Numbered from the stretch's first letter, positions 35,948 to 47,910 are shown. The stretch: 64,000 nt of DNA from Eledone cirrhosa (GCA_964016885.1 OZ024758.1:14136001-14200000), one strand, 5' to 3'. Numbers and translations: made by a program. Notes: a model not told the origin generated them from the letters alone.

Positions 35948-38900
35948 TTATACAGCATCAACAACTTTTGTCGAAGAATTATCCCTATTTCTCTTTTGGT
36001 GTTCAAGTTTCAAATGTCTCGCTAAAGAATCTGATCTTGCAAACCGATAGTAACAGAAGTGACAGCTGTACGGCTTAAGCCCTGTATGTGTCCTGACATG
36101 ATGACGAAGACCGGTGACCTGGCTGAAGGCTCGAGGACAAAAATCACATTTATAAGGCCTTTCGCCAGTATGTGTCCGAGTATGAATGACAAGGGCTGAA
36201 GAGCTTGCAAAAGTTTTACAACAGTACTTACAAACATGCCTTTTGCGGCCAAGTTTAAATCTCGTACCATCTTTGATAACTAAAAGTGGGTTGTTGTTGA
36301 GTTTACTGCGTGAAACATTGTCTGCTGCCACATTCGTGTGTTGGGACAAGAAGTTTGGGGAAATTAAATTTGAAACATTGTCTCTTGTGTCTGTATTTTC
36401 TGAATCTATAACAAACTGGTAACTATTAGTATTTTTCTCAATGCCAAGCTGGCACTGGGATTCAGATTCTATCAAATTCTGCAACAATGCCGACGACATT
36501 TCCTGATCTTTTCTTGAATTAATTTCTTGTGTTTCGGCCACATTCTTGTTTTCTTTGGTTATATTTGAGAGCAAATCAGACTCTATTAGTTCAATGTCTA
36601 ATTCATTTTGTGATTTTTGTTCTAAGCTCTCATCACTGAGGTCGATAAGATAAAAAGCAGGGGTAGGAACTGAGGTGGTTTTTTCTGGAATGGTTGCAGT
36701 CTCTTTAGAAGCATTTATGTGACCCTTCAGGTGTTTTATTAACAGATGTGAATTAGAAAATTCTTTACAGCAAATATCACAGGTGAGATCACTTTCATAT
36801 TTTACTGATGTACTTTGCTCAGGTGAATTACTTTCAGAATCACTTATATTTATAGATATTTCCTCCAATACAAAAGTATCAGATGAATTAACTAATGTGT
36901 TACCAGAAGATTGTAGAAGACTGGCATTAGGAATGGAATAAGAACTATCACATGTCCTCTCTTCTATTTTGTCACATACACCCAAAGCCTTTCTATCAAT
37001 ATCATTATCACCACTTAATCTTGAGTAATTTATGTATTCTTGAAAACATTCATTAAGATTATTTTTATCCTGCTTATCAGATTTCTCTGGGATAAAGAAG
37101 TTTCCGAATGAACTTGGATTCATCATAATAAAATTTTTTTCACTAGGATCAGTACTAGAATGTTCTTTTGGCCCAATCAAATTTGACTCTTGATTGGAAT
37201 TTCCTCTATTTGTTACTGATTGGTTTGTGTCTGGTTCAAATGACAGAGAAGATATATGGCTTTTCTCAATGTTATTCACAGAATTGAAATCTTTTGTTGT
37301 TTTCAAGTGCTTGTGTCGTATGTGCCTCCCCAAAGAGTCTGACCGAGCAAACCTCTGAATGCAGTATTTACAGTGATACGGCCGCTCTCCTGTATGGGTT
37401 CGGATATGGTGCTGGAGTCCAACTTTCTGGGTGAATGCTCTGCTACATATTGGACACTTATATGGACGCAGGCCAGTATGTGTACGTTGGTGCACTTTTA
37501 ATGGTGATTGAGATGAGAAAGTTTTGCCACAGAACTTACAAGAACAGCTTCGGTTAGACTCGTCAGTTGTTTCTCTTGCAGTCATATTGGCGCTATCAGT
37601 AGCAGACATATAGGAATCTTCATAATTTTTCTGCTCGGCTTCTTCAAAGTCTCCAAAAGACTTTGAAGAATTCATCTGATAACTTGAAGAGAAATTCTCT
37701 GAGATGCATATAACATCATCATCATCCTCATTATTATTATTATTATTATCTTTAACATTACTAGTATCTACATCTTTATGATTCTTTTGTTCACTACTAT
37801 TAACAGCATGTTTTATGATTCCATCAACACTCGTGTCTTTTGAATTAAAATCTGTTTCTGTAATATCAATGATGTTTTGAAAACAGTTTCGACTTTGATC
37901 CATTTCTTGTTCAACTTCATTTTGCTGCAACCTGTTTAAAGTAATTGCTTCAATATTCTCTATATTTGTTACATATTTGAGACTAGCACTAAAGTTGGAG
38001 TTGCTTTCGTCTGTGTTCAAAGAAGTTGAATTATTTTTTGTCGTCACCATATCAATATCACATTCTTTTAAAGGATGGAAGATATTATCTCTTTGCAGAC
38101 AATTTTTGGAAAATGATGAAGCATTTCCAGAACAAAATGTTAACATTTCTTTGGTTGAATCAGAAATATTAAGAAAATCTTGAGATGTATTCTTACTGTT
38201 TACAGATTCAGATGTTGGTAAGATATCTGTGTCTTTAATATAATTTAAAATAATCTTACTGGCATGGCTTTGCATCAGATGTTGCAATAACACATTAGAA
38301 TTGGTAAATTGGTTCCCACAAAATTTACAATCAAAAGATTTTATCTGCTCGCTGCAAATACCTTTTGAAGGAGATAAAGGTAATTCTAAAATGTTGCAGT
38401 TTTGAATATCCTTTTCAAAATCCACTTGTTTATGGATATCTTTCAAAGTAATTTGATTCTCAGAATTTGAAATGTTCTCATCTGTGTCAGGTTCCTTGTC
38501 TTGAGATGAAAGAAGCAAAGGATACTCTGATAAGTCGATCAAGTGTTTATCTTGTAAGACTGATTCAATTGTACAATTGTTATGGAGATTTTTTTCCATA
38601 TCTGAGGCATCTGTATTATATGTATTCCTCAGGTCCCCAACCAAACTTTCATTAATGGAAGGTGTTGAAGTTTTTTTCACATCTTCTTTAGAACCAATTT
38701 CTCTTGCAGATTCAGAATGTTTTAGCCTAGTATGTCTAACCAAAGAATCAGACCGAGCAAATCTGAAACTACAGATTTTACACTGGAATGGTCTTTCACC
38801 AGTATGTGTGAGAATATGATGTTGAACACCAGTTAACTGACTGAAACCTCGACCACAGTGACCACATTCATAGGGTTTTTCACCAGTATGGGATCTGCGG

Positions 38901-41900
38901 TGAATAATCAGAGCCCATTTGCTATTAAATGATTTCTTACAGTATTCACATTCGCGCTGTTTGCTTCTAATTTCGTTAGAGTCTTTGTTTAACTGCTCAG
39001 TACTGACCTCAGCATCTTCTATCTTAAACTGATTCAGTTCTATCAGTGGTATGCTTATACCAGCATCCATACCATTATCTACAAAGTTGGAAGCTTCAGA
39101 GCTAATTGCACCAATCTGTGTATCAAGAAGCCTAGTATTTTCATCAATGGAGTCTTGATATCCTTCCTCTTGGTTTGTTAAGCAGAAAGACTCAAAGCTG
39201 CTTTTGTTTTCACCAATGTCTGATAATTCCTGTTGACCTTGCTCGAGTTTCACTCGCAAAATATCTTGCGAACTGTCTTTGGAGTTATTCATATTATCTA
39301 TGCTATAGTTAGTTTGACAGAAAATGTTGGCTTTAGAATCACAATCATTTGAAATATTTTGAGGAACCTCCAGATTGTTTTTCTCTGTAGAATCCCAAAT
39401 ATTGGAAATGTTTTGGTTGGATTTCTCATCCATGCTCATCTCAACAGTTTGCATGTTTTCAGAAAAATCACTGAGATAAATACGACAGACATCATTATCA
39501 TTGTTATGAGTGATTACCATTTCTACAAGAGAACCATATTCATCCTCAAAGGAAAACTGCGACAGTCCGTCTTCTCTTTTGCAGTTTTGTTTCAAATTAT
39601 GCTGTCCACTCACATGTTCAGCTAGTAAAAGCGTACTGTTAAAGTTCATATCACAAAGAAAGCATTGATATTCCGTACTGACCTCACATACATGAGAAGA
39701 CAATAGAGCTTTGGTGTTAAACACTTTTTTACACAAAGAACATTTTTGCTGCAAGTTTGGTTCTTTTGACGGGCTGAATGAATCTGAAACTGGTTGAAAG
39801 GTTTCAATGTCACCATTTCTGAAATTTCCATCATCTCTATTATAACTATTTCCTCTTCGCCATGTTGGACTGGGATCATCAGTTTTCAGATTAACAACAA
39901 CGCTAGATTCATCTTTAGAAGTATCACAGATAACAGAAGGAGCTATTTCATCATCAGAAATTTCTGGTTTTATAAAAACTGATGTAAAATTTATCTGATC
40001 TATATTTGAATTATCTTCATTTATTTTCTGTACATTATTTATTTGAGATTCAGAAAGCCTGACATCTTTTGCTGAAGTGCTTACATTTTCATCAGTGCTG
40101 TTTGAACTAACAAGTTCTGGTTTTCTGATCCTGGTTTTCTCTTTAGGATAATTATTCTTTGGAATGGGATTCATGTTTTTAATGTGAGAATGTTTTAAAT
40201 GTCGTTGTCTCCAGTGACGGGTCAAGGAATCAGATCTAGAAAATTGAGCATTACAATTCCCACAAGAGTATGGTTTTTCTCCGGTGTGAGTACGTAGGTG
40301 ATGGGTAAGTCCAGTCTGCTGAGTAAAAGAACGACCACAAAGCTTACACCGATAAGGTCTGATACCAGTATGGATTCTTCTGTGAACTTTCAACACTGAG
40401 AAACTAGAGAAGGTCTTGTGACAGAAACCACAAGGAAGATTCCGTTTTGATCCATACTTTCCCTTGGTATTTTTAGAATCGGTAGAAGGCTGTGAGCAGG
40501 ATTTAGCAGCATGTACATTTTCATTTTTTTCTGAGAATGAAATATCAAATTCTTCTTCATCATCTGTTATGTAAATAGGAGAATTTGTATGAGTAATTTC
40601 AGGTCTCTCAATGTTAGAAATTAATCCAGCACTCAAATTACTATTTTCAAGGTCTGTAGATTGTACATGGTGTCTACCATAGTTGATTTCATCAGAAACA
40701 GTCATCAATGGATCTATTAATAGATTGGAATCAACAACTGAAATGGGATTAGAATTTGTATCATTTCTAAGAGAATATTCAGTAATATCAAGATTGTTAA
40801 TGTTTTCGAATAAATTATTATTTCCATGTTGAAGTACCATTTGCTTAAAACTGCTGGATTTTTCAGAAAAATGTTCTGAATTAGGAAAGCATCCAGGTGG
40901 CTTTCTTAATTGTTTGTTATAAATGGGAGCTTTTTTCTTCATCTTTTTGTGTTGAAGTTTTGTGTGTCGCAGAAGGGAATCTGATCTAGCAAATGCGTAG
41001 GAACAAATGCTACATTTGTAAGGTCTTTCTTGAGTGTGAGTTCTATAATGATGTCGCAAACCAGTTTTTTGGGTAAATGAACGACCACACATTTTGCAGA
41101 CATAAGGGCGAATTCCAGTATGAATTCTTTTATGGATGTTTAATGCAGACTTACTTGCAAAACACTTAAAACAAAAGAAACACTTGTGGTATTTACTGTA
41201 TTTAGCATCAGGATTTTTTCTGTTAGCATATTGGTCATTGTCTAGTTTGTGAAGCTTAGAGTCTATTTCTGGAGAAATAATTAAGTCTTTGATATTTTTT
41301 AGATGTATATTATCCATATCATTGGTATAACTTATGTTTGAACTTAAATTGCACCTCTTTTTCGCTTTAAATGATAACGAAGATGTCTCTACAGGACTTT
41401 TACATTTTTTTCTATTATTTCCAGATATTTCATTTTGGGGTACAGAAATACTTTGCTGTGATAATTGAGGGTGCCGGAATTCAGGTAAATTACAATTTGA
41501 AAATGAATAACTTGATGTTTTGTCTATAGATTTAGTTCTTAATTTTGGAGATGGTGTTTGAGAATAAATAATTTTTTCATTTCTGAGTAAAAAATCAGCA
41601 GCTTTATTCTGGGAATATGTTTCATCTTGATATGTAATATGTGAATTTTTTGAACAATCATCAGTAATTTGTACCTCTGGAATACTTCCTAGGTTTGAAG
41701 ACTGAAATTCTGTTGGTATATCAAGAAAACCATTCAGCATAAAGCCACTGTCCCTTGGCTGAGAAGTGCTAGGATCCGAGATGGAAGTATTATCATAATT
41801 AACCGGTAGTTGTTTCTTTGAAATTTCTGAAGTTTTCTTCTTTCTCTTTCCAAAGCCATTTTGAACACTCAAGTGTCGTTTCTTCATATGTCGGGCTAAA

Positions 41901-42580
41901 GAATCTGAGCGAGAAAATTTAAAATGGCAGATGCTGCACATGTATGGTCTCTCTCCTGTGTGAGTACGAATATGATGCTGGATTCCCGTCATTTGAGAGA
42001 ATGCTCGACTGCAGAATGGACATTTGTAAGGACGTATGCCAGTGTGTGAGCGTCTATGAATAACTAATGCAGAACTGCTTATGAATTCCTTGTTGCAGAA
42101 TTCACAGCGATGCTTTTTGTTAGGTTTCACAGATTTAAGAGGAGAATGCTTATCTGTAGACATTTTTTGGCTGTTACTGCACATTAAAATGGCAGCTTCG
42201 AGTTGCTGGACAGGACGAGATATAAAAAATAAATGCTTTGAATTTAGTGTTTTTGAATTGTGAATAATTTGGTAACTATTCACAATGAAAAATGCCACAA
42301 ACTGAATTGGCTCCTTGGCACATATTTGTCTACTGTGTATAATGTGTAACTTGCTTACATCTTTCAGCTGATGGGGGATTGCTATATTGTTCTTCAAAAT
42401 GATAACCAAGTGAAGGCAGGTGAAATTCCAACCATTTCTTTCAAGTTCAATAGTGAATTGAAATGAAAAGACAACTGTTTCATTCAACAGTACTTGCTGA
42501 CAGGATTTTCGAGAAATTACCTGAAGACATATGTGATGAGGTAGTTTGAATGTAAATAAATATTCAACTACTTTGTACAT
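35948..42580 (-). CDS. Large multi-cluster C2H2 zinc-finger protein (about 22 fingers: six 3-finger modules plus isolated fingers), single coding exon
   Basis: Uninterrupted 2210-codon ORF with TGE/IRPY linkers. The real start may be the ATG at 42184 (2078 aa), which lies just downstream of an acceptor (tttattttttatatctcgtcctgtccag) at 42206. Confidence 0.92.
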   Translation of the reverse strand: MYKVVEYLFTFKLPHHICLQVISRKSCQQVLLNETVVFSFQFTIELERNGWNFTCLHLVIILKNNIAIPHQLKDVSKLHIIHSRQICAKEPIQFVAFFIVNSYQIIHNSKTLNSKHLFFISRPVQQLEAAILMCSNSQKMSTDKHSPLKSVKPNKKHRCEFCNKEFISSSALVIHRRSHTGIRPYKCPFCSRAFSQMTGIQHHIRTHTGERPYMCSICHFKFSRSDSLARHMKKRHLSVQNGFGKRKKKTSEISKKQLPVNYDNTSISDPSTSQPRDSGFMLNGFLDIPTEFQSSNLGSIPEVQITDDCSKNSHITYQDETYSQNKAADFLLRNEKIIYSQTPSPKLRTKSIDKTSSYSFSNCNLPEFRHPQLSQQSISVPQNEISGNNRKKCKSPVETSSLSFKAKKRCNLSSNISYTNDMDNIHLKNIKDLIISPEIDSKLHKLDNDQYANRKNPDAKYSKYHKCFFCFKCFASKSALNIHKRIHTGIRPYVCKMCGRSFTQKTGLRHHYRTHTQERPYKCSICSYAFARSDSLLRHTKLQHKKMKKKAPIYNKQLRKPPGCFPNSEHFSEKSSSFKQMVLQHGNNNLFENINNLDITEYSLRNDTNSNPISVVDSNLLIDPLMTVSDEINYGRHHVQSTDLENSNLSAGLISNIERPEITHTNSPIYITDDEEEFDISFSEKNENVHAAKSCSQPSTDSKNTKGKYGSKRNLPCGFCHKTFSSFSVLKVHRRIHTGIRPYRCKLCGRSFTQQTGLTHHLRTHTGEKPYSCGNCNAQFSRSDSLTRHWRQRHLKHSHIKNMNPIPKNNYPKEKTRIRKPELVSSNSTDENVSTSAKDVRLSESQINNVQKINEDNSNIDQINFTSVFIKPEISDDEIAPSVICDTSKDESSVVVNLKTDDPSPTWRRGNSYNRDDGNFRNGDIETFQPVSDSFSPSKEPNLQQKCSLCKKVFNTKALLSSHVCEVSTEYQCFLCDMNFNSTLLLAEHVSGQHNLKQNCKREDGLSQFSFEDEYGSLVEMVITHNNDNDVCRIYLSDFSENMQTVEMSMDEKSNQNISNIWDSTEKNNLEVPQNISNDCDSKANIFCQTNYSIDNMNNSKDSSQDILRVKLEQGQQELSDIGENKSSFESFCLTNQEEGYQDSIDENTRLLDTQIGAISSEASNFVDNGMDAGISIPLIELNQFKIEDAEVSTEQLNKDSNEIRSKQRECEYCKKSFNSKWALIIHRRSHTGEKPYECGHCGRGFSQLTGVQHHILTHTGERPFQCKICSFRFARSDSLVRHTRLKHSESAREIGSKEDVKKTSTPSINESLVGDLRNTYNTDASDMEKNLHNNCTIESVLQDKHLIDLSEYPLLLSSQDKEPDTDENISNSENQITLKDIHKQVDFEKDIQNCNILELPLSPSKGICSEQIKSFDCKFCGNQFTNSNVLLQHLMQSHASKIILNYIKDTDILPTSESVNSKNTSQDFLNISDSTKEMLTFCSGNASSFSKNCLQRDNIFHPLKECDIDMVTTKNNSTSLNTDESNSNFSASLKYVTNIENIEAITLNRLQQNEVEQEMDQSRNCFQNIIDITETDFNSKDTSVDGIIKHAVNSSEQKNHKDVDTSNVKDNNNNNNEDDDDVICISENFSSSYQMNSSKSFGDFEEAEQKNYEDSYMSATDSANMTARETTDESNRSCSCKFCGKTFSSQSPLKVHQRTHTGLRPYKCPICSRAFTQKVGLQHHIRTHTGERPYHCKYCIQRFARSDSLGRHIRHKHLKTTKDFNSVNNIEKSHISSLSFEPDTNQSVTNRGNSNQESNLIGPKEHSSTDPSEKNFIMMNPSSFGNFFIPEKSDKQDKNNLNECFQEYINYSRLSGDNDIDRKALGVCDKIEERTCDSSYSIPNASLLQSSGNTLVNSSDTFVLEEISINISDSESNSPEQSTSVKYESDLTCDICCKEFSNSHLLIKHLKGHINASKETATIPEKTTSVPTPAFYLIDLSDESLEQKSQNELDIELIESDLLSNITKENKNVAETQEINSRKDQEMSSALLQNLIESESQCQLGIEKNTNSYQFVIDSENTDTRDNVSNLISPNFLSQHTNVAADNVSRSKLNNNPLLVIKDGTRFKLGRKRHVCKYCCKTFASSSALVIHTRTHTGERPYKCDFCPRAFSQVTGLRHHVRTHTGLKPYSCHFCYYRFARSDSLARHLKLEHQKRNRDNSSTKVVDAV

Positions 42581-45500
42581 GGTTTTATTCTTAATGATAA
42601 AGACATATTTGGAAAATTCAATGCATTTAGTAAAAAATGCATCAGTCGTATTTCAGTTGCACAGCAAACACCTCAAACTTTGTTTTGTAGATGTTTAAGC
42701 AGCAAAATAGTAAGATTTTTCAATACAAAACGTATATGATTTTGTCCACAATCGATTTAAAATTTTATCTGATGAAATATTACTTGGTATGGGTTTTTAA
42801 CAAATTTCAGCACATTATTATAATCCTTTTTAAAAAATACTTCGTTTAAAATGCGAAATAAAATTTCAAAAAACATATAATTGCAATTCTATGAAAAGGT
42901 GTTGTTTTATTATTTTTCGTGTTTTTTTTTTTTTTTATATTAATTCGATATTTCCTGTTGGCAGAGCTGGAGAGTGGCTGGGTTTTGTGAGGTTTTAAAA
43001 ATGCCACTTCAGCACCCCTATGACTTCACCAAGAGTTATGGGTCCATACACACTATATTTCCTGTTAGCAAACTTGTTTTTATTTTATATTTCCTTGAAC
43101 ACACAATCTTCAATTCATATCGTATATTCTAATAATGCAATTTTTGTATCTGTAAAAAACAAAACAAATATAACTAAATATGTATATAATAGAGGAATTT
43201 GTAGGAAATTTCAATTATGCCATAAAAGATTCACATTTAATAGGAAGAGGCTATGTAGCCGGTAAGAATGTCAGACACCATGAGTTGCGGCCAGAGTTAA
43301 GACAATTTGAAATCTTTTCCACCATCAATTGTTAAAAAGCAAGTTAAAATCATTTAGTCGTCCATTCATAACATACGTTACGCTTTCGTCACACACACAC
43401 ACATCTACAGGTAAATACATAAACAGAGGGGCTGGTGAAAGGCTATAGCGATACGTGTTACGCCCCTTTTGGGTTTACCGACTACATAGCCTATACGCAT
43501 TTAAAAACAGTAGGGTGTGAATGTAAGGCTAATTGGCTTCTCATACAAAATGCAGGGATTTCCTGGTTGGCTCCAATGTATTCAAATAAACCTCTATTAT
43601 TTTTATCATATATTTAACATGGCTCGGGTTTCTTTTTTTGCTTTGTCTTGTTTTACTCCTCTGTGAAAACAATGCTCGAATATAATTTTTTCTTCCATAC
43701 ACAATCGGTGAAATTTAAGAAGTTGCATAAATGTTGTAGTGCACCTGAGCACTGTACACAATAATTTCATTCATTATTATTATTTAAATGTGATTTTGTA
43801 TACCAAACTCAGGTGTATTTGGGACATGTCTCGTTCTTTCCACCTCACTTTCACACGCATACACTGTTATCTGATGCAGTCTACTTTTTGTTGTTGTTGT
43901 TGCTTTTACCTTCTTTTTAATGACTTCGTCAGAAAAGAAAGATCATCGCCAATAAACCCTCCCAGGGTCTCCGTGGTTTAAGAGAAGGGGAGGAAGTCAT
44001 CCTCACACTGGGAAACTGACTTGAATGCTTTCAACAAAGTGGATTTCGCTAAAAGCAACTAACGGTCAGGTATTTGTGTTAAATCTATCACCCAAAATAC
44101 GGTTTTTCTGTATGTCTGCCAAAACTCAATGTGGTCGGTGTTCTAATTCTGAACAGAACACTGCAGACCTTTATAACCAATGTACAAAAACACAATACAA
44201 TACACACAAATACACGCGGGAATTTCTACGCAGTCGATCGAACTGCTAGAACAAGCAACCGAATCTCTTTAAAACCACGCCCTGTTATCTGTCTTGAAAT
44301 ACGAAGGACACATTGGATTTGATAACATAGTCCCGAATATACGAAAGGGTTAGTGTGGTGGCTGGGATGCCAGCTCGATGAGAGTTAACCTGGAGCTAAA
44401 CATAAATTATACGTTTGAAAAATCAAAACTAATCAAAAGAAAGTTTTAGACACATCGCCAAAGCAAGATAATCAAGTATAGATATCCTTAGATAAATATC
44501 GATATCTGATACAGATAGATAATTAAACCAGTATAAACAATGAAACATAAAAACAAGAACTATTTATACCTTTGTTTTCCCAACAGAGTCAATTTGGGAA
44601 ATTTTCTGATGTTGGTCTGTAAGGTACGAAAAATTATATTTCCAAACTTTTGTAAACTATGAGGCAAATTTGTAATATATATGTAAATACATATTTATGA
44701 GTTGATATCGAATATTTATGTAAGAAGTAACTAAGTTGTGTCTGAAGATAATTCATAGTAAACTTAAATAGAAGAAATGATTTCCTTTAAAAAATCGCGA
44801 ACTTGTCGCATAGGACCGTAAATAACGGAAGTTAATTAAAAAACGGTGTTCAGTGAAATACAGTCAACTATAAAACCTAGCCACTTCTATCGTAGTTGTT
44901 GTTTAACCCCTGGTCAGTTCTCACTGAGCAGACATATGATCAAAGAATTTCCATGATTAAAGGCATGGCTCCTATGTTTTATTTTTAGGAATTGTGTATC
45001 GATAACTACAGTATTCAAGGTATCCTATTTTTTAAAAGTAGGATGTGATTTAACGGAGATTTGGCTGCCATTAAAAGCTACGGAGTGAACAGTTCCGGAT
45101 TTAGGACAAATGGGGCCATGTGCTAGTTAAGTTATGAGGCCCTAAAGCGGGTAAAAAAATGTTTTGGCAGGAAGATGGGTTCCTCTGTTCTTAAGCACAC
45201 CTCCCAGGGGCTTCTGCTTACGTAGTTATAGTGTAGCTCCAGCCGCAACTACCTCATCAATAAATTACCCCCCCCCCCCTACAAGTTACGTGCACCATAT
45301 TGGCAGAAAGGTTCAAGGTGTGAGTCCAAATGTTTTCATGAATTTAGTCATGGCCTTTTTACGTTCTGAGTTCAAACAACACTACCACCCACATCACTGT
45401 ATATCACCATTTATCTGTGTTTGATGCATTGACATCATTTTCTGTTTTGGGCACCAACTTTACTCGCTCTGGGGACACACACATATATAGCACCTCTAAG

Positions 45501-45826
45501 TCTAGTTATATATGCGCACGGCTTAGTGGTTAGAGCGTTGGATTCATAATTGTGATGTTGTGTGTTCGATTCCTGGACTGGGCGATGCATTGTGTCCACT
45601 TTATTTCACGTTGATCGAGTTCATTCAGCTGTGTATTGTCACAAGCTGTATCGGCCTTTACTTTACCCTTAGACAACATCAGTGACGTGGAGAAGGGAGA
45701 CCGGTATGCATGAGCAACTGCTTGCCCAAGATTTTGCCTCAGAGTGGAACTTTCTAGGTGCAAAACCCATTGTCATTCATGACCAAAGGGTGTCTTTACC
45801 TTCTCACAGACATTATGGAAAATTGT

Positions 45827-46022
45827 TTTTCCCCACAGCAATATTACATTACTACAAGCGACTACAAATACCGATTTTTCTGAACATGGCAAGACTTCAC
45901 AGCAACAATTCTCTTAACTTATTGAGAAATACCATACTCACTTGCCATGGACTTGACCAACAAACCACTCACACTCTCTTAGGCACACTCCACTTACTTG
46001 CCATGGACTACCAACACTCCAC
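45827..46022. repeat. Local duplication of about 200 bp, matching 47468-47645
   Basis: ggaaaattgttt...cacagcaatat...aaataccgatttttctga...gagaaatac...ccactcacactc occurs at both sites. Confidence 0.8.
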
Positions 46023-47579
46023 TGGGGAGGTATCAGTTGAGGGTCTGATGCCATGCTTTGCAGCAAAGAGTTACGATCCTTTATGGTCTAAATTCAAATC
46101 CTGCCGAGGTTAACTTTGCCTTTCATCCTTACAGGGTCGATAAAATAAAGTACCAGTAATACACTAGGATAATTACTGGCCTTGTGTCAAAAGTAGAAAC
46201 AATTACATATATATATATATATGTATGTGTTGAGATCAAATATTATCTTGGTTTCCGAGGTGACAAGACAGCTCATTCTAGTGGAGTTAACTGTTGCCTG
46301 TGTGTTCCCTTACCAAAGCATGTGGAATTCTGGGTATTATGGCAACAAGCAGGAGGAAAGTCATCAGAGAGGGCGTCTATATCACAAAAGAAGTTGTAGC
46401 TAAACCATTTCCATGTTCTCAGGTGGTCACTTTAAACATACACTGACCTTTAACCTCAGTCAGACTAACTAAGACACTAATTCTTTCATTGGAGCTAACA
46501 ATGTCACCAATTAGATTTATTGCTTTTGTTTAAAAAGAAATTATCAAGAACCATATGTTTAATGTTTTCTGGGTGCATAATTTTTATAAATGCAAGAGTT
46601 TTTGACCCCAGGGTAGAAGTCTTTTTCTTTGCTCAGCCACAGAGTACAGTCAGCTTCTTTACCCTGCAACATAGACAGCACAGTTTATGATGTAGCCACA
46701 CACGCATTTGCTGCAGACCTATCACCTAGAGAGCTGGCTATCAATATCAACCAACAAATTAATAATTCACTACTTGGTGATTCTACATTCACACACAATC
46801 GACACACTACAATTATACATGTAGTTTTTCCATTGTTCAGTATTATTAAACATTATGTTCGAATCCTGCCAAGGTTAGCTTTGCCTTTCATCCTTACAGG
46901 GATCGATAAAATAAAGTACCAGTCATACACTGGTGTCGATTTAATCGACTTTCCCCTCTCCCAAAATTGCTGGCCTTGTGTCTAAATCAGAAACCATTAT
47001 TATTGCACGTAATGGTTTCTGATTTAGACACAAGGCCAGCAATTTTGGGAGAGAGGGAAGTCAATATGGCGGTGGATTGGCAGTATCGGTAGAGGGTCAG
47101 ACGCCATGCTTTGACGCATAGAGTTACGGCCCTTGCCATTCTGAGTTCAAGTCCCGCCGAGGTTAACTTTGCCTTTCATCCTTACGGGGGTCGATAAAAT
47201 AAAGTACCAGTAATGCACTGGGTAATTGCTGGCCTTGTGCCAAAAGTAGAAACAATTATTATTGCACATAATTTCGAAGTAAATCATGCAACCAATAAAA
47301 ATATATAAACATTAGTGGTCTTATTCATTTGTAAATTCATACCCATGTCTTCTTCACCCCCTTATTCCTGGTGGAGTCGTGGGGGCAGAGTTATCAAACA
47401 CTCTTTCCAGTGGGTCCTGTCAGAAGCAACCATCTCCAATTGATCCGGCTGGATACCCAAGCAATTAGGGAAAATTGTTTTCCCCCACAGCAATATCACA
47501 TTACTACAAGCAACTACAAATACCGATTTTTCTGACCATGCCGAGACTTCACAACAATTCTCTTGACTCATTGAGAAAT

Positions 47580-47910
47580 ACTCCACTTACTTGCCATGGA
47601 CTTGACTAACAAACCACTCTCACTCACTGAGGCACACTCCACTCACTCGCGATGGACTCGACCAAGACTCCACTCACTTGCCATAGACTCGACCAACAAA
47701 CAACTCACATTCACTGAGACACTCCACTCACACTCACTGAGGCACATCCACTCACTTGCCATGGACTCAACCAACAAACCAGTCACACTCACGGAGACAT
47801 ACTCCACTCACTGGCCATTGACTCGACCAATACTCCACTCACTTGCCATTGACTCAACCAACAAACCACTCACACTCACGGAGACACACTCGACCAACAA
47901 ACACTCATTC
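47580..47910. repeat. C/A-rich minisatellite
   Basis: Repeated ccactcacttgccatggactcgaccaacaaaccactcacactcac units. Confidence 0.85.

Noticed and set aside
35466-36006. Overlapping ORFs rich in Y/I/H/T/C/V/M
   Set aside because: Translations of the compound microsatellite.
36022-42263. Short alternative-frame and antisense ORFs inside the zinc-finger CDS
   Set aside because: Expected shadows of a long coding exon, with no independent motifs.
47580-47910. Repeat array that might resemble a CRISPR array
   Set aside because: Units are degenerate and contiguous with no unique spacers, there are no cas genes, and the context is eukaryotic.
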